64,000 nt of DNA from Atractiella rhizophila (taxonomy: Eukaryota). A program made the translations under genes and the position numbers. The notes below the pieces were generated by a model, which saw only the letters and a program-made list of their open reading frames with translations, did no database searches and was not told the origin of the DNA. Numbering within the stretch: position 1 is the first letter of the stretch; the number at the start of each line of letters is the position of its first letter. This document shows positions 39,542 through 52,734 of the stretch, piece by piece. The stretch lies in NCBI GenBank assembly GCA_021432655.1, contig MU271188.1, positions 53,683-117,682 on the forward strand. The letters run 5' to 3'.

Positions 39542-41171
39542 ATGCAGATTACTGTAGCTACGAATGAAGGCCAGATGTACACTCTCGAAGTGGACGGGTC
39601 GATGGAGCTTGAAACGCTCATGGCTTTACTAGAAGCAGATGTACGTCCTTCCCGTCCTCACATAGTGCTCTCTGGAGCGTTCAGAGCGTTCAGAAGCGAG
39701 ACACTGACATAGATCGTGAATGGATAGACTGGTCTGCCAACTGCAGAACAGGAGCTGTTTTACTTGGGGAAACAGATGATGGACCCAAAAGCTTCGTTGG
39801 AGGTTCGTCCATCCTGACTTTTCCCTCTTTACCCATTTGTTGAACGGAGTTGGGCTATAGAGCTTCCAAATAAAAGATGGCGAGGTGCTCCTTCTCACTC
39901 GAAAACCGTCCAATCAGGTCTCATCAGCGACTGGCGGCCGGTACATCCTTCTCCCTCTACTAGTTTCATGATCAAAAGACTGAAGCTACCATATGTGTTT
40001 GTGAACAGCACCTTCGAAGCCGACGCGGAAGCCCTTCGTCAACAACTGCTCTCAAACCCCTCTCTCCAATCCGAAGTCTCCCGTACGTTCCCAGATCTCC
40101 TTCGTGCTGCACGAGAGGATCCAGCACGGTTCGCTCAGCTGTTTTCCAACCTCCGGAACATGCAACAGTCCGCCGCTCTCACCCGTCAACACAACGAGGA
40201 CCTCCTCTCCAGCGACCCTTATGACATTGAAGCTCAGCGACGGATTGAGGAAGCTATCAGGCAGGAAGCTGTGGCTGAGAATTTTGAGAAGGCGATAGAG
40301 TTCAGTCCGGAAAGTTTTGGAAGGGTGGTGATGCTCTATGTCGATATGGAGGTGAATGGAAAACCAGTGAAAGCTTTTGTAGATTCTGGGGCTCAAGCGA
40401 CTATCAGTGTGTATTCCTCTTGGTTTTAGCTCCTCAGCTCCTGTATAAGTCCGTGTGTTTGGTCACTGATGTTTGGCAAACAGTGTCTCCTCAACTCGCA
40501 GAAGAGTGTGGAATCATGCGCCTCGTTGATAGGAGGTTCGCTGGCATCGCGAAGGGTGTAGGAACGGCAAAGATCATTGGTCGGGTACACAGCGCGCAAA
40601 TCAAAGTAGGAGGCCTGTTCCTCCATTGCTCGTTCACCATCATGGAGGTACGTCACACTCCCACCCTTCTCAATTGCTCATCAAATTAATTTTCGTTGTC
40701 TTTGGCTTACGCAATGCGAAGGGCCGTGGAGTTGACCTGCTCTTTGGACTGGACATGCTCAAACGTCATCAAGCCATCATCGACCTCCAACAAAACGCCC
40801 TCATCATTCAAGACGTCAAAGTCCCCTTCCTCTCCGAGCACGAACTCCCATCGAGCGCACTGGACGAGAATGCAGAGCTCGAAGATTTAAACAACCCCAA
40901 CTCCTCTTCTTCACAATCCCAACCACAAGCATCCACCTCCTCCTCATCCACCGCCCAATCGACCAGCTTCCCAGGAGCCGGACAGGCTCTTGGAGGCGGA
41001 ACGGGCGGTCAGTCGAGTGGTGCGGGAGGCAGCACGGGAGGCTTTCCAGAGGATAAGATTCAGGCTTTGGTCAATTTGGGAGTGAAGAGAGAGGAGGCGA
41101 TCAAGTTGTTGGAGCAGACGGCGGGCGATGCGGAGATGGCTGCTAGCTTGCTGTTTAGCCAGTTCAACTAG
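39542..41171 (+). CDS. DDI1: DNA damage-inducible protein Ddi1 (UBL-HDD-RVP-UBA)
   Basis: UBL start [35 protein letters not shown]; catalytic [21 protein letters not shown]-terminal UBA. Confidence 0.95.
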
Positions 41172-41888
41172 CGACGACGGGGAGATGTCGGTGCGTCATG
41201 TCTTGATGTTGGGTCTTGGCGGCCCCGGTCGAAAAGGACATTTAGTGTAACCTCCGAAGGGATGACCAGGAGGATGAGAAAATCTGCTTAGCAGGCATTG
41301 TCGTTTAGGATAACAAGGAAAAGTGTAAAAATTGAATTTGTTTTAGAGTTGCCATTTCCTGTTGATACATGAAGCCGTCAAGCATACACCTCTTCAAACT
41401 TGGAAGTTTGAACCCATGAAGCTTTCCATATGTGCTCATTATCATAATATCGACTCAAAACACCTTCTCGACCAAATGGTAGATCTGCCTCGACTGGCAC
41501 CGGACTTTAACAGTCCAACATCTTTGTTTCTATAAGTCGGTCCAATTACGCGCTGCCCCGAGTGTCGAGCTCGAGCAGCAGATGGAGCTTCAAAGATGCG
41601 GAAACGGGAGCTGGGTGGAGCGGTCACTTCCCGATGATCAATTCATACTATGTCCCGAAGAAGTACATGAGGGAAGTGGTCGGATGAGCACTACTGTAGC
41701 TCGGAAGCCTCTTTCAACCTGCTCAGGCAGTTATAAACTGCCCTTTTCATCCACACCCACTTCATAATATCAACACGAAACACTTTGGAATCACAACAAA
41801 TAGCAAGCAAGACCTTTAGCCAATTGCAAACTACACAAGGTGAGCTTCCATGACCTCAGATTGTTTTACCGCTCATGAAAACAAACAG

Positions 41889-42455
41889 ATGGTCGTTCTA
41901 CCAGAAGACGTAGTGGAAGTGGAATTGCACGAACTCGAGCATGCCGAACGCATCGCACTTCTCTATCCACTAACACCTGCTTCGATTCAGCGTTCCGGAT
42001 GTTCAATCCCCATTCTCCCCCTCAACGAATCTGCTCCTCTCCCACCACCACCCCCGTCCACGCCTCACGACTGCGAAACATCAGCAACGTTCAGTCTTCC
42101 GTTTTCGCAAAAGTTACCAGATGTACACGTCGATGACAGGCTTAGGATGTCAACCGGGAGGAAAAGCTCTCTTAAACGTCGCTCAGCTTCTGCTCCCGCA
42201 TCACCTCCCGGGTCTCACGCCCACGTCCACTTCAATTCCTACTCAGAAGAAGTAATATTCGGCGCTGCTGAGAAACCAGAGAGCGTCCCAATGGCACATA
42301 GGAATCGGACAAAGGAACCTACAGGAGATGTAAATCATGCCGGCCTTGCTGGCGCAGGGAACGAAGATGATGGTAGTTGGGCATTCTTTCTAAGGCTAGC
42401 TCGATCTCCGAGTCAGACCAGGGAGAGGAGAAAGTCGATGTCCAGTCATGTATAA
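41889..42455 (+). CDS. Small Ser/Pro-rich orphan protein (~188 aa)
   Basis: TATAAA at ~41732, a CA-rich 5' UTR, a 5'-UTR intron at 41840..41888 (GTGAGC..CAG) directly before the ATG, and a single open frame to TAA. Confidence 0.65.
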   Translation: MVVLPEDVVEVELHELEHAERIALLYPLTPASIQRSGCSIPILPLNESAPLPPPPPSTPHDCETSATFSLPFSQKLPDVHVDDRLRMSTGRKSSLKRRSASAPASPPGSHAHVHFNSYSEEVIFGAAEKPESVPMAHRNRTKEPTGDVNHAGLAGAGNEDDGSWAFFLRLARSPSQTRERRKSMSSHV

Positions 42456-42680
42456 CATATCACTTGGTTCAAATAATTTTGTTCATTATTAATAACAGTA
42501 TCACTTGGTTTACTCAATTTTCTTGAAAGGCTGCTTTGCCACCTTGAATTGAACTTGTTTCATCCACAGCTCGCAAGGCCTTCGACCGCTTCAACCGGTT
42601 CAACTGCAACCGGCCCCGGTGACTCTGGAACATCTTTGAGTATAAGTATGAGGCAGAGCGAAAGGAGAGGTCACTGAGAA

Positions 42681-44254
42681 ATGGCTGCGAGTTTAACAAT
42701 ACAGGATTTATACAGCGTCAAGGGCAAGCGATGCCTGGTGACAGGAGGTGCCTCTGGTATAGGGTACAGTGCGTGACCACCTTACTTGGGATGTGGACCT
42801 GACATCTTTTTCTCAAAGTGATGGCCTCAGCTCTGGGTGATCCCATTCTTTATTGTGAACAATTTTTATGCTTACGAGAGAACTTTCAGTGCAGAATGGT
42901 GCTGAAGTTATCATTGCGTCGCGAAAGGAAAAGGCTTTGCAAGAGGTGCGTCCCTCCCTTCAATCCCCGTACTTCTTCTTTCTGAAATCACTGTCATGGG
43001 CTGTTCTGTAGGCTGTAGAGTCTTTAAATCTCCAAGGTAGTTCTTTCCTATGCTATACAACGTAACTAGACTGAACTCATTGGTCACAGGTCCGGGAAAG
43101 AGCTCCTACATCGTTGCAGATATAGCAGTACGCAGTTCCTGACCCCGTCGCCATCTTCTGAAAACAATTAATGGGACTCGTTAGTCTAGAGCAGGGTGCG
43201 ATGCTCTAGCGGCTGAAGTGACAAAGCGGTGGTCGAAACTACACGTTTTAATGTGTGTGCTCACTTCCCGCGAGTTTCACGCTCCTATGCTGAGCAAGAA
43301 TGAGTAGCAACAACTCGGGGATCGCTTGGGTGCGTCCATTCTTCAGCAGCTAGTGGAATAAAAAGAATTGACAAGGAAGCGCAGAGTGCTCCGTTTCACG
43401 ATTTTCCAGAAGAGAAAGGATGGGATAAAGTGTTGGCTACGAACCTGAAGGGTCCCTACTACTGTGCGTCGTAACTGCCGTGATAATGCTGCAGTGGCGC
43501 TCATTGGCTCTTATAGTAACAGCTGCGTGAGTCGCTTTCGCTTTTGCAATGTAGCAGCCCCGAGACAGATTGCCAATAGTCTAGCTGATGCGCTCGCCAA
43601 AGACGCGACAAATACAGGTTTGTCTACCTCCCCTTCCCCGCCGTCGGTTACCACTAAATTACTGCCATCGCAGACCCCGGTCGAGTCATCATAGTCTCTT
43701 CAATTGATGGTCTGGACCCCAAGAGCGAAGGCTCCCCTCTAATGCCCAAAGGAACTGGATCTTGGTCTTATAACGCATCGAAAGCGGCCGCTAATCATTT
43801 GACAAAATCTCTCGCTATCACTTTGGGCCCAAGGATGATCACGTTGGTCTTTCGCTTCTAGCTGCATTTTAGCGAGCATATATTGAAAGTATGATAGGGT
43901 GAACGCTATCAATCCTGGGTTCTTCCCCTCGAGGATGACAAGTTTTGGTTCGAAATCCGCTGGAATCGAGCGGATGGCAGCAGGGTATCCCATGAAGAGG
44001 TATTTCGCCTCTCCTCCGAACCAAATCCACGGCAAATGACTTTTGGTGCACAGAACGGGCCAAGCAGAAGATGTAGCTGGAGCCACGCTCTTCTTATCTA
44101 GCAAAGCAAGTGCACATGTCTCCGGTCTCCTTTTAGTCCTAGACGGTGGGCTCGTAATTTCAGGAAACCGTGCGTGATCATTTGACTTATTAGCATCAAC
44201 GGAACTGATGATAACGAGGTAGGGCGAATTATGGAAGGGCGATCGAAGCTGTAG
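42681..44254 (+). CDS. Short-chain dehydrogenase/reductase (RhlG-like) with peroxisomal PTS1; 14 exons
   Basis: LVTGGASGIG, NNSG, WDKVLATNLKG, YNASK, VNAINPGFFPSRMT, LVLDGG and C-terminal RSKL-TAG. It is absent from the ORF track because its exons are short. Confidence 0.9.
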
Positions 44255-44519
44255 TTCTTAAGTGTTCCTATGTGCTTACCTTTTGACTCGTCTTCAGCTA
44301 TTGTTCATGGAATGCAATTCTCTTCAAAGAATTGAGTGGCATGCAAGGTTTCTAGAAATTCATTTTCTGACATAATCGGCATACTATGTTCCTCAGCCCA
44401 AAATCTGTTCAAAGTCATGAGGATGTACGCTTCCGATCTCTTCGATCCATCCTTTCAGTAGTACTGCTCTACGGGAAACTGGATTATTCATGAGAAGTTA
44501 CAACTGAGCGAGTTACTTC

Positions 44520-45882
44520 TCAAGTGATGTATGAGTTGCCCAGGAGCAAAAAGCAACAGAATGACTGTGGAGCTCTACCATATAGAAGCAACCATATTCT
44601 CGCGGCGAACTTTGCGAAGGAACCTGAAAGCACATTCCCTCCTGCCGCGTTCAACTTTGTTTCCAAATCTGCGCAAGTTAAATAATCCCAGAATGGATTG
44701 GGACGCGTCGCATCAAGTTCTGACACGCACCTGAAGTGCGCCAGTAGAAGGACATGTGACCACTTGCACTGCGTCCTCTGCAGGAATGCCTCCTCGATCT
44801 CAGCTGGTGTAACAAGGCAGCGACGCGGAATCGACACGGACATGGAGCGTAAAGAATGTGGCAAGTGAGAAAACAGTCGAGGAGTCCATCCGATTTCATC
44901 CAAACTCAGAGATTCCAACGTTTGGCATACAGAAATGAATTCGTTGAGCACCATTTCTGGACTGACAAAGTTCCGGAGAGATAGATGCTTGAGTGTTCGG
45001 ATTACAGGCACATTATGAATCGTTGGAAGAGTTGAGATCGCAAAATCACCCAAGTGCAATTCCTGGATAGAAGAAGTACAGGTTAAAAGGCTGTGGAGAG
45101 CTTGCGCTGAGTGGAAGTATCGGCCAAAGCTACAGGTGTCATAATTGAGGCTCACATGTCGGATAGGAGAAAGCTGGAGTGTGTCGTTTCCATCCTGGAA
45201 GATGAAGACTTTTCGGGTCTCAACGCAGAAGCTCTTCAGAGTAAGAGTGTTGAAGAGGGAGATGCATCCCGGAAACAAAGGGGAGGACGTATCATCACCG
45301 ATGGAGAAAGAATCGAGAGTCAATCCCCGAAAAGGGGCGAGAACGGTCTCTGTCGTAAAACATTGCGCAACTGAGGATCGGAAAATAGAAACGTTTCTGA
45401 GTGTTGACAACTTGCTGGGACAGTCCTCAAGACAAACTAAATCATCGATAGTAGTGTTTGGATCTGGCATCTCCTTACGACGCCTGAAAAGATTTGTCCT
45501 CATCTTCTTCCGTTTTGATCCTGATGAATCCTCTGGAACTTTTCCCTCTGACGGGAAAGGGTTCTGACAAAAGATTGTGAGAGATTGTATTGTTTCCTTG
45601 AGCCACGAAAAGGACCATTTCTGGCACATACGCTTGAAGGCCTGCACAGAAGGATGGTCGGCGCTGCTTGTGCTTTGCGTATGTAGCGTTACATGGCAAA
45701 AGAAAACACGTCGAACTTCGTGGGTCCAATTTCGAGCACTGTGATATCAGTCTTAGATGACTGGCAAGATGATCAAGGACGGGGCAGATGGAAACGCACA
45801 CGAGCGTCCAGGAAATGTTGACTTGTAGCTCGCACTCCGAAAGAACTCGAGCAATAATCTCGGGAGGGAGAATAAGAGCCAT
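44520..45882 (-). CDS. F-box-like/leucine-rich-repeat orphan protein; C-terminus uncertain
   Basis: MALILPPEIIARVL (F-box-like start), followed by a 375-aa exon with LxxLxL repeats (IQELHL, LKHLSL, LESLSL, LRSMSV). Confidence 0.6.
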
Positions 45883-46610
45883 TCTGGTTATTTTTACTTC
45901 CTGTCAGTGCCATTATTGTAAGTAAGTTGAAACAAAGCAATCTGATGGAATGAAGCTGAAGTAACATGAAACAGGTATCGCGTAGTTCGCGAACAATTGA
46001 TGAAATCACTCCATTGACTCAGAATAAACCTATGAAACAAATCGCGAAGGGCTGCAGTTCTTTCCCACATTGTAAGGAAATATTGACTAAAAATTATTGT
46101 GACACACGTTCATGAGGGTTGACGTATACATCTCACAGCTTCATCAAGTCTAGAAAGAAACGTTGTGGGATCAAGAGGGGGGAGGAGGCAGACATCCCTC
46201 ATAGTAGCATAATGGCTCTTGTCTCTTCGTTCGCATCGCCTAAGCGATGTGAGCACATTGTTTCATCGTTCACTCAACTCAGTGTCACGCGTCACGCCGA
46301 GTTTGAAGCACACTCATGAAACACTGCATGAAACCCAACGAGAAAGCTCACATATCGCTTGTGCAGTGTTAAACCGCTCAATTCGCGACTATCAATGACA
46401 TATGGGGAACTTGCGTTAACGTTCAGTTGTTCAGTTCGTGGCTCTGAAACTTCCGAGAGGGCAGTGTGTCATATATGTAGTTGAAAGGCTTTGACATCCG
46501 TGTGTATTATAGTAAATAGAAAGGGTATCCCCTAAAGGCATATACAGAAAAATCGAAAGCTTCCTCAACTCTCAACTAAGTGGGTTTCCCTCCTTGTCGA
46601 GCAACCCGAA

Positions 46611-46942
46611 CTAAGCGACTGCTCTCCTCCTCCTACCACCTGCCCGCCGTCTGCTCCCGCATCTGCAACAGAGGGCGTCTCCGAGACAGGCAAAGATGGT
46701 GACGAAGAAAGAGGTGATAGCGTTCACTAGTTGCGTATGTTGGTGGTTAGCAATGCGGAGCGAAGGCATCGAGGATTTGAACGCACCAATGGAGATGATT
46801 ACGTCCGCAATAATTCTGAACAGACTGGCGATACCGCGTCCGATCGCGGAGATGATAGAAGCGATGGTCCTGTAAATTATGTTAGCTAGAGCCAACCTCG
46901 GATTGGAGTGGAAAGGAAAGCGTACGAGAAGATGACACCCAT
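46611..46942 (-). CDS. Small (~73 aa) amphipathic membrane protein with Cys cluster and polybasic tail; 3 exons
   Basis: TATAAAA ~110 nt upstream. Spliced sequence MGVIFS|TIASIISAIGRGIASLFRIIADVIISI|VNAITSFFVTIFACLGDALCCRCGSRRRAGGRRRRAVA. Confidence 0.75.
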
Positions 46943-47729
46943 TTCGTTAGATTCGTTGCTTTCGTTAGATTTAGTTGGTTGATATAGCTTGTTTGTGTTG
47001 GCGTTGTTGATTGATTGGTGGGAGAATTAGTGGCGCAGGGCTCCCTTTTATACCTTTCAAAGGAACAAGTAGGAGTGACGTGAAAATCCCACTGACGAAA
47101 ACCAGGGTGAGGTGATGTCATGGCTCCCTTGCAGCGTCAGAGGAATGTCAGACGTGCTACAACACTTTCATCCGTCTGCCGGGCCGCCAGAACTGTTGTA
47201 TCGAAGTTTCTAGAACGGCCCTCCGATGGTTGGTGGGTAAAAGGAGAATCTGCTAGCTCATGCGATGAGATGACGTTCCGATCGGACGGTTAGGTTGGAG
47301 AGAAAGACTCTGATTGCAACGGTCATAACCAGTCCGAAATCATCCAAAGAAAGATATCCAAGGACAGTATATTACAGCCAGCGGAACCCTCAAAGATGTC
47401 GATGAACCAGAGCTGAGGCTAATTGTTGACGAGAGAGACTTGCGCTCTTGCCAACGTGCAGAATGACACTTCCCTCTTTATTGTATCTCCCGTTCTGCCA
47501 TGCCTACCTTGCTCCCTGGGCCCCCCTTCTCACCAATGTTCCCACCAGAGCTTGCTTCATTACTACTTTGCGAAGTAGACGAAGCTTTCATTGTTTGAGT
47601 GTGTCCGTTTAACCCCTTTTCGCAGCAGCAACCTACTGTGCGGCGCAGTTCGCGTAAATTCACTACTTTACACTTTCGTGCCTTTTCGTGCCCCAACCCA
47701 CAAGAGCTTTCTCTCCAAACGGCACTCTC

Positions 47730-48928
47730 ATGGCACCATCCTACCTTCATTCCAGCACAGATCCTTACTCCTATTCTCTCTTCCCGCGGCAGGACTCATC
47801 AAGTGGAGATGGAGGCAACAAAGTAGCAGAGAGGCTGAAGCCCACACATACCCAATTGGTCACTATCTACGTTATTGCTGGGTACAGCGTCTTCATTCTC
47901 ATCGCCTGGAATCTATGGGTCCGTCCTCTATGTCCCTCCTGCAAGTCGGGTGTCGGGGAATTCACCTTGTCGTCTTGATAGGGTCTAAGGCATTTACTAT
48001 ACCCATTCAAACTCCTAGTAGTCGCCTTCCACGAATTCTCACACGCCGCAGTTGGCTGCTGTACAGGCGCACGAATCGAGAGCATAACGTTAGATCCGAA
48101 TGAGGGAGGTGCAACGAGGATGCGAGGCGGCATCCAATGTTGTACTCTTCCTGTGAGTCTTTCTTTCCCTAGTTGAGGAACGGTCGTCTGACATGATGTG
48201 TTTGGGCTTGATGGGATACTAGGCTGGTTACTTGGGAAGCAGTTTGATCGGCGCACTCCTCATCTTCGCAGGTTTCAACATCGTAGCCTCAAAGATAGCC
48301 TCGATCGCTCTCGGCGTTGGACTCATCATCGTTCTCTTCTGGGCACGCAACTGGCTCACCCGGGGCGTAGTCGTTGCAGCAGCTGGTGCGTCTTTCTTTC
48401 CTCTCTTTCATTCTTCAGGGGCAGAATCCTTAACCCAATGTCGTCAATTGGACTGATCTTGGTTTGATGAATGAATAGGCTTGCTGGTCGCATTCTGGTT
48501 CATAAACCATGCCGAGCCGCTGCGATTCCTTGTCCTCTTTATAGGCGTCATGTCATGTTTGTACAGCGTCTGGGACATCTTGGACGACCTCGTCTTTCGA
48601 AAAGTGAATGAGAGCGACGCCAGTCAATTCGCAAAGTTGTGTCCTGTCATTCCCTCCCGAGTATGGGGGTGATATGGTGCGTCCTTCTACATCTTCCCTC
48701 ACACCTTCCTAGTCATGGCCTTGAACAAAGAGAAGGGATGTTGGTTGAATGATGTGTTGACTTTGACTTCATTGTGGCCGATGGGATGACAGGCTCCTCG
48801 TTTCTATCATTTTTCTCGGCGCTGGAATCCTCGGCGGTCTCGCAGCGTTCAAGCAGAGCGCGGAGGAGCAGAAGGAGGACTCGGAGGATTTCTTGCCAAC
48901 GAGGCTCTTGATGAGCTTGATGCGATGA
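47730..48928 (+). CDS. Peptidase M50B-like intramembrane metalloprotease
   Basis: YPFKLLVVAFHEFSHA (HExxH), LDPNEGGAT, TLPAGYLGS, LYSVWDILDD and VNESDASQFA. Confidence 0.9.
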
Positions 48929-49372
48929 AAGGTGGGTGCGACGACTGCATTTTGCATTTTAGATGGAGGACATTCGTGGACTCTTCATCCTTCTTGTGAG
49001 AGATCAGCATACTAATTGATCAATCGTTTGGACGAGCTGTTAATGTTTGGTAGTAGAATACTTTGTTCTTAGTCGTTGTGTACCGTGTTGTAATATTATC
49101 TCCTTCATGAGCGTACTTTGGCTGCCTTTGATGCCGCACATTGTTATATTCTGGGTGACAACTTATGTGATCAATATCTACTCATCACACATTTACTTTC
49201 ACCAACGACGACAGTGCTGCAATAAGGGTCTCAGGTCCAGGATGCAGGCATTCGGCAGGTACGGCATGGAGGACGACATGTATCCCATTTTTCAAGATAT
49301 CAGGTGACAAAATATTAAAACTTTGCTACAGACCGCATTGAACCCAATAACGATGCCGAAGCTCTTACGCTC

Positions 49373-51805
49373 TTACATGAGAGCTCTCCAGAACTTTTCT
49401 ACAAAGTTCCTAGGCGGGAGTTCTTCCTCTTCAACAATGTCCCTAGAGCCAGTATACAGATCGATGTCCTGAAGGGCAATGAACGAGGTGCGGTTCCAGA
49501 GGCGGTATGCGACGTAAAGGACGACGAAGAGAACCACCTAGACAAATGGCAAGATCATTAGTGCTGGTGATTGAATGGGGCATGAGGAGACAAACCGGAA
49601 TATAAGATGTGACAAAGGTTGCGGTATCCCAATGGCCATGGATGAAGACTGCCCAGCCGTTGAAGAAGATGATAAGGGTAACCATGAACAGGCCATAGTA
49701 GGTGAGGTAGGGCTGGAAGGGGGCTTTGAAGGGCAGGGCTTTGCGTGAGAATCCCTGAAGTTTGCAGGCTTGGTGCCATCGGATCTAAATTCCATGAACA
49801 TGAGGATGGCGTGACGAGAGAGCGAGAAAGATGAGACATACAAAGGTGACAAAGATTCCGAGCCAGGTCAACAGTCCAGCGACGGAAGTCATGTTAGCGA
49901 ACCAGCCAAAGACTTCGCCTGCCTTTCCTGCTCCAGCTGCCATGTAGGACAAGAGGGAGAAGGCAATAGAGACAAGCAGACACCAATAGGGAAGACCCCA
50001 GCTGGTGGTAGCGCGGAAGAACTTAGGTGCAGCTCCGGAGAGAGACATGGCCTAGAACATCGGTGCTCAACGCTGTGATCAGATTAGGGGATCAAAAGTG
50101 CGTACGTAGAGAGCTCGCGAGGACGTGTAGCAATCAGAAGAGGCAGCAGACCACGCGCTAAGCAAGCTTGTCAGGAGAGTAACACACAGACCCAAGGTAA
50201 ACGCACGAAGTGAGGAGAGCAGCATTGATAACTCCGGGGAGACCATTGACACCAGCGCGCTTGATACCGACGACGAAGGGAGAGGAAGAAGCGTTTCCGG
50301 AGCCAGTGAAGAGAGCTGGGTCGTTGGAAGGGCAGAGGAGACCGATGATGAAGACACCTGGATGGATTCGACGAGATCCAGTCAATATTTTAAAGCTTCA
50401 AAGGCGCAGCACGAGACGAACCAAGAATATAGAAGAGCAAGATACGGATGTACACCCTCTTGATTGCGCGGGGAAGGTTTCGTCGGGGGTTCTTGGCCTC
50501 TCCAGCTGCGATGGCAGTGATTTCAGTTCCGATGTAGGAGAAACCAGCTTGGATGAGAACTAGGCACTGAGTCAGTGTAAGTCACGATTAGGACGAGATG
50601 ATACTCACCAGCCCAGAAACCAAGGAAACGACCTTTAGCTCCTTGGATTCCCAGATACTGAACAAACGGCTAAAGGCAAACAGAAAGATCAGATTATTTC
50701 CCCTCTTTCAGGAATAAAACCCACTCCAGGGTCACGCCAGTAGCTATTGCATTCATCAGCTTGTCTTCAGGCACATGGATGTGGAGCAGCTCACCGGAAA
50801 CCAATGGACTCTCCAGATGGTCCACCTCCAGCAGTCAAGACGATTCCACCGATGATGAGACCAACGATGGTAATGACTTTGATGGAAGCGAACCAGAACT
50901 CCATCTCGCCGTATGCTCTGGCTCCTCCGAGGTTGATAGCCCAGACAACGACGAGGAAAATAGAGATCCATGCGGGATCGAGGTTTGAGTTGTCGTTCCA
51001 GTAGTGAATGAGAACGGCGGCAGCAGAGATTTCAGCTGGCAATACAATCGTCCAATTGTACCTATTCAAGCGTGGATTCACACGTCGTCCTTCACAGCAT
51101 AATGAAATCGCACCAATAGTTCCAACCCATTGTGAATGACCAAGCAGGGTCGACGAAACGGGTGGCAAGTGTGATGTGACCTGGTCACAAATCAGCACAG
51201 CCGCAGACCGGAGCTTGCAACACAACGAACCTCCAGCAATAGGCAAATGTGAAACCTATTCATAACCCGAGTGAATTCTTGTGCATGGAACGCGGGGAAG
51301 AGAAGCAGGTGACATACCATTTCTCCCAGTGCTACCATGACCGAAAAACAAATCGTTCCCATAATTGAGTACCTAGGTGTGCCCTTCAGCAAATCAACCC
51401 GTATTGAAACGCTCAGCTCACCCTAACAGCAAACCCAAGGGTCCACCGTGCGAAAGAGCACCTCCAGATCCCAAGAACAGACCAGTACCGATGACACCAC
51501 CGATACTACAGAAAGATGAGCAGCTGCTTTTTCTCTCTTTGGGGGAATTCGTACCTGATCATAGCAATATGCCTACACACGACACCAATCAGTACGTCAT
51601 GACCTATGGATCTCGGAAAGGTTCAAGCAGGGTCATCGAAATCAACGCACCTGTTCTTGAGCTGCCTGTGGAGGTCTCCTGCAGCGACTTGATGCTTGGC
51701 ATCACCCTGACCCTCTGTCGAAATGTCGTAGGCATTGGCGGTCTCGAGTCCTTTCTTTTCGAGATCGTCATCGTGCACTCTCTTCCCTGAATCGATGTCC
51801 GACAT
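49373..51805 (-). CDS. Amino-acid permease (APC superfamily, YAT family; Dip5-like)
   Basis: [72 protein letters not shown] and [10 protein letters not shown]. Confidence 0.93.
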
Positions 51806-52734
51806 GGTATCCTATTCTCGAGGCAAAAGGGGACTCAGAGGAAGGAAAGGCAATCCGTCGATGGCGAGGCGGAGGAGGAAGTGACGAGCTCGGATGTTGT
51901 CTTTTAAAGGCTGGCTGTATGAGATAAGGTAGCGTGTTCGTTCCTAAAGGTGCGCTATTTTTAGGCCCGAGCATAACCTAAATGGGTTGGCCAAGCCAGA
52001 ACAGCAAACTGAGCACGAGCCAAAGAACATGCGAAGTGCTTATCCTGTGCCTTATCATCGAGTGATTCCTGCTTCTATCATTAGGGCGTATTGTTAGCAG
52101 CTCGCAGTCCCAAAAGCTCTCCTTGAGGCTCTCTCCTGAGGCTCCGTCCAAAAAGTCTCAACATGTGCCCGTTGGCTGGAGCGAGGAATACAGCCATAAT
52201 GTAATTGATACTGTTGATCGGCTATTGCGACCTCGTGCTGAAAAGATGTCGTTACCCCGCAAATGTGTGGACGGGAGCAGAAAAGAAATTTGGAGAAAAG
52301 GCGCGAGGTCAGATGCGAGGAAGGCTCAGGAAGGCGGTGGGTCCATGAGGAGGCCGCGTAAAGGCAAGAATCGCTTTGGTCCGGGTGGACCAGGGCAGAG
52401 CTCATCCTGATCGAATATCGAATCAGTCAGGGAAAGTATTGAATTGAGAAAAGGGACGACCGTCGCTTGGTAGACTGGTGCTTGGCAGTGAACAAGCGCA
52501 CCTCTTCATTTTCATCACGACTTTTCCCGTGCCAGCTGAAGGTTGAAGAGATCAAGAGTCGAGTTGAACTCTGATCCTAGCAACCTCTATGACTGATGCG
52601 TCAATATGACCGTAGCAAATAGGAAGAGAAAATAGAACTTAGGGCTTGACGTTTTAGCAGTAGATCGATGAGTAGAGGCTGGAGATTGGAGCTGTCTGCG
52701 TCACGACCCTTGAACTTGAAAATTGTACATCATT

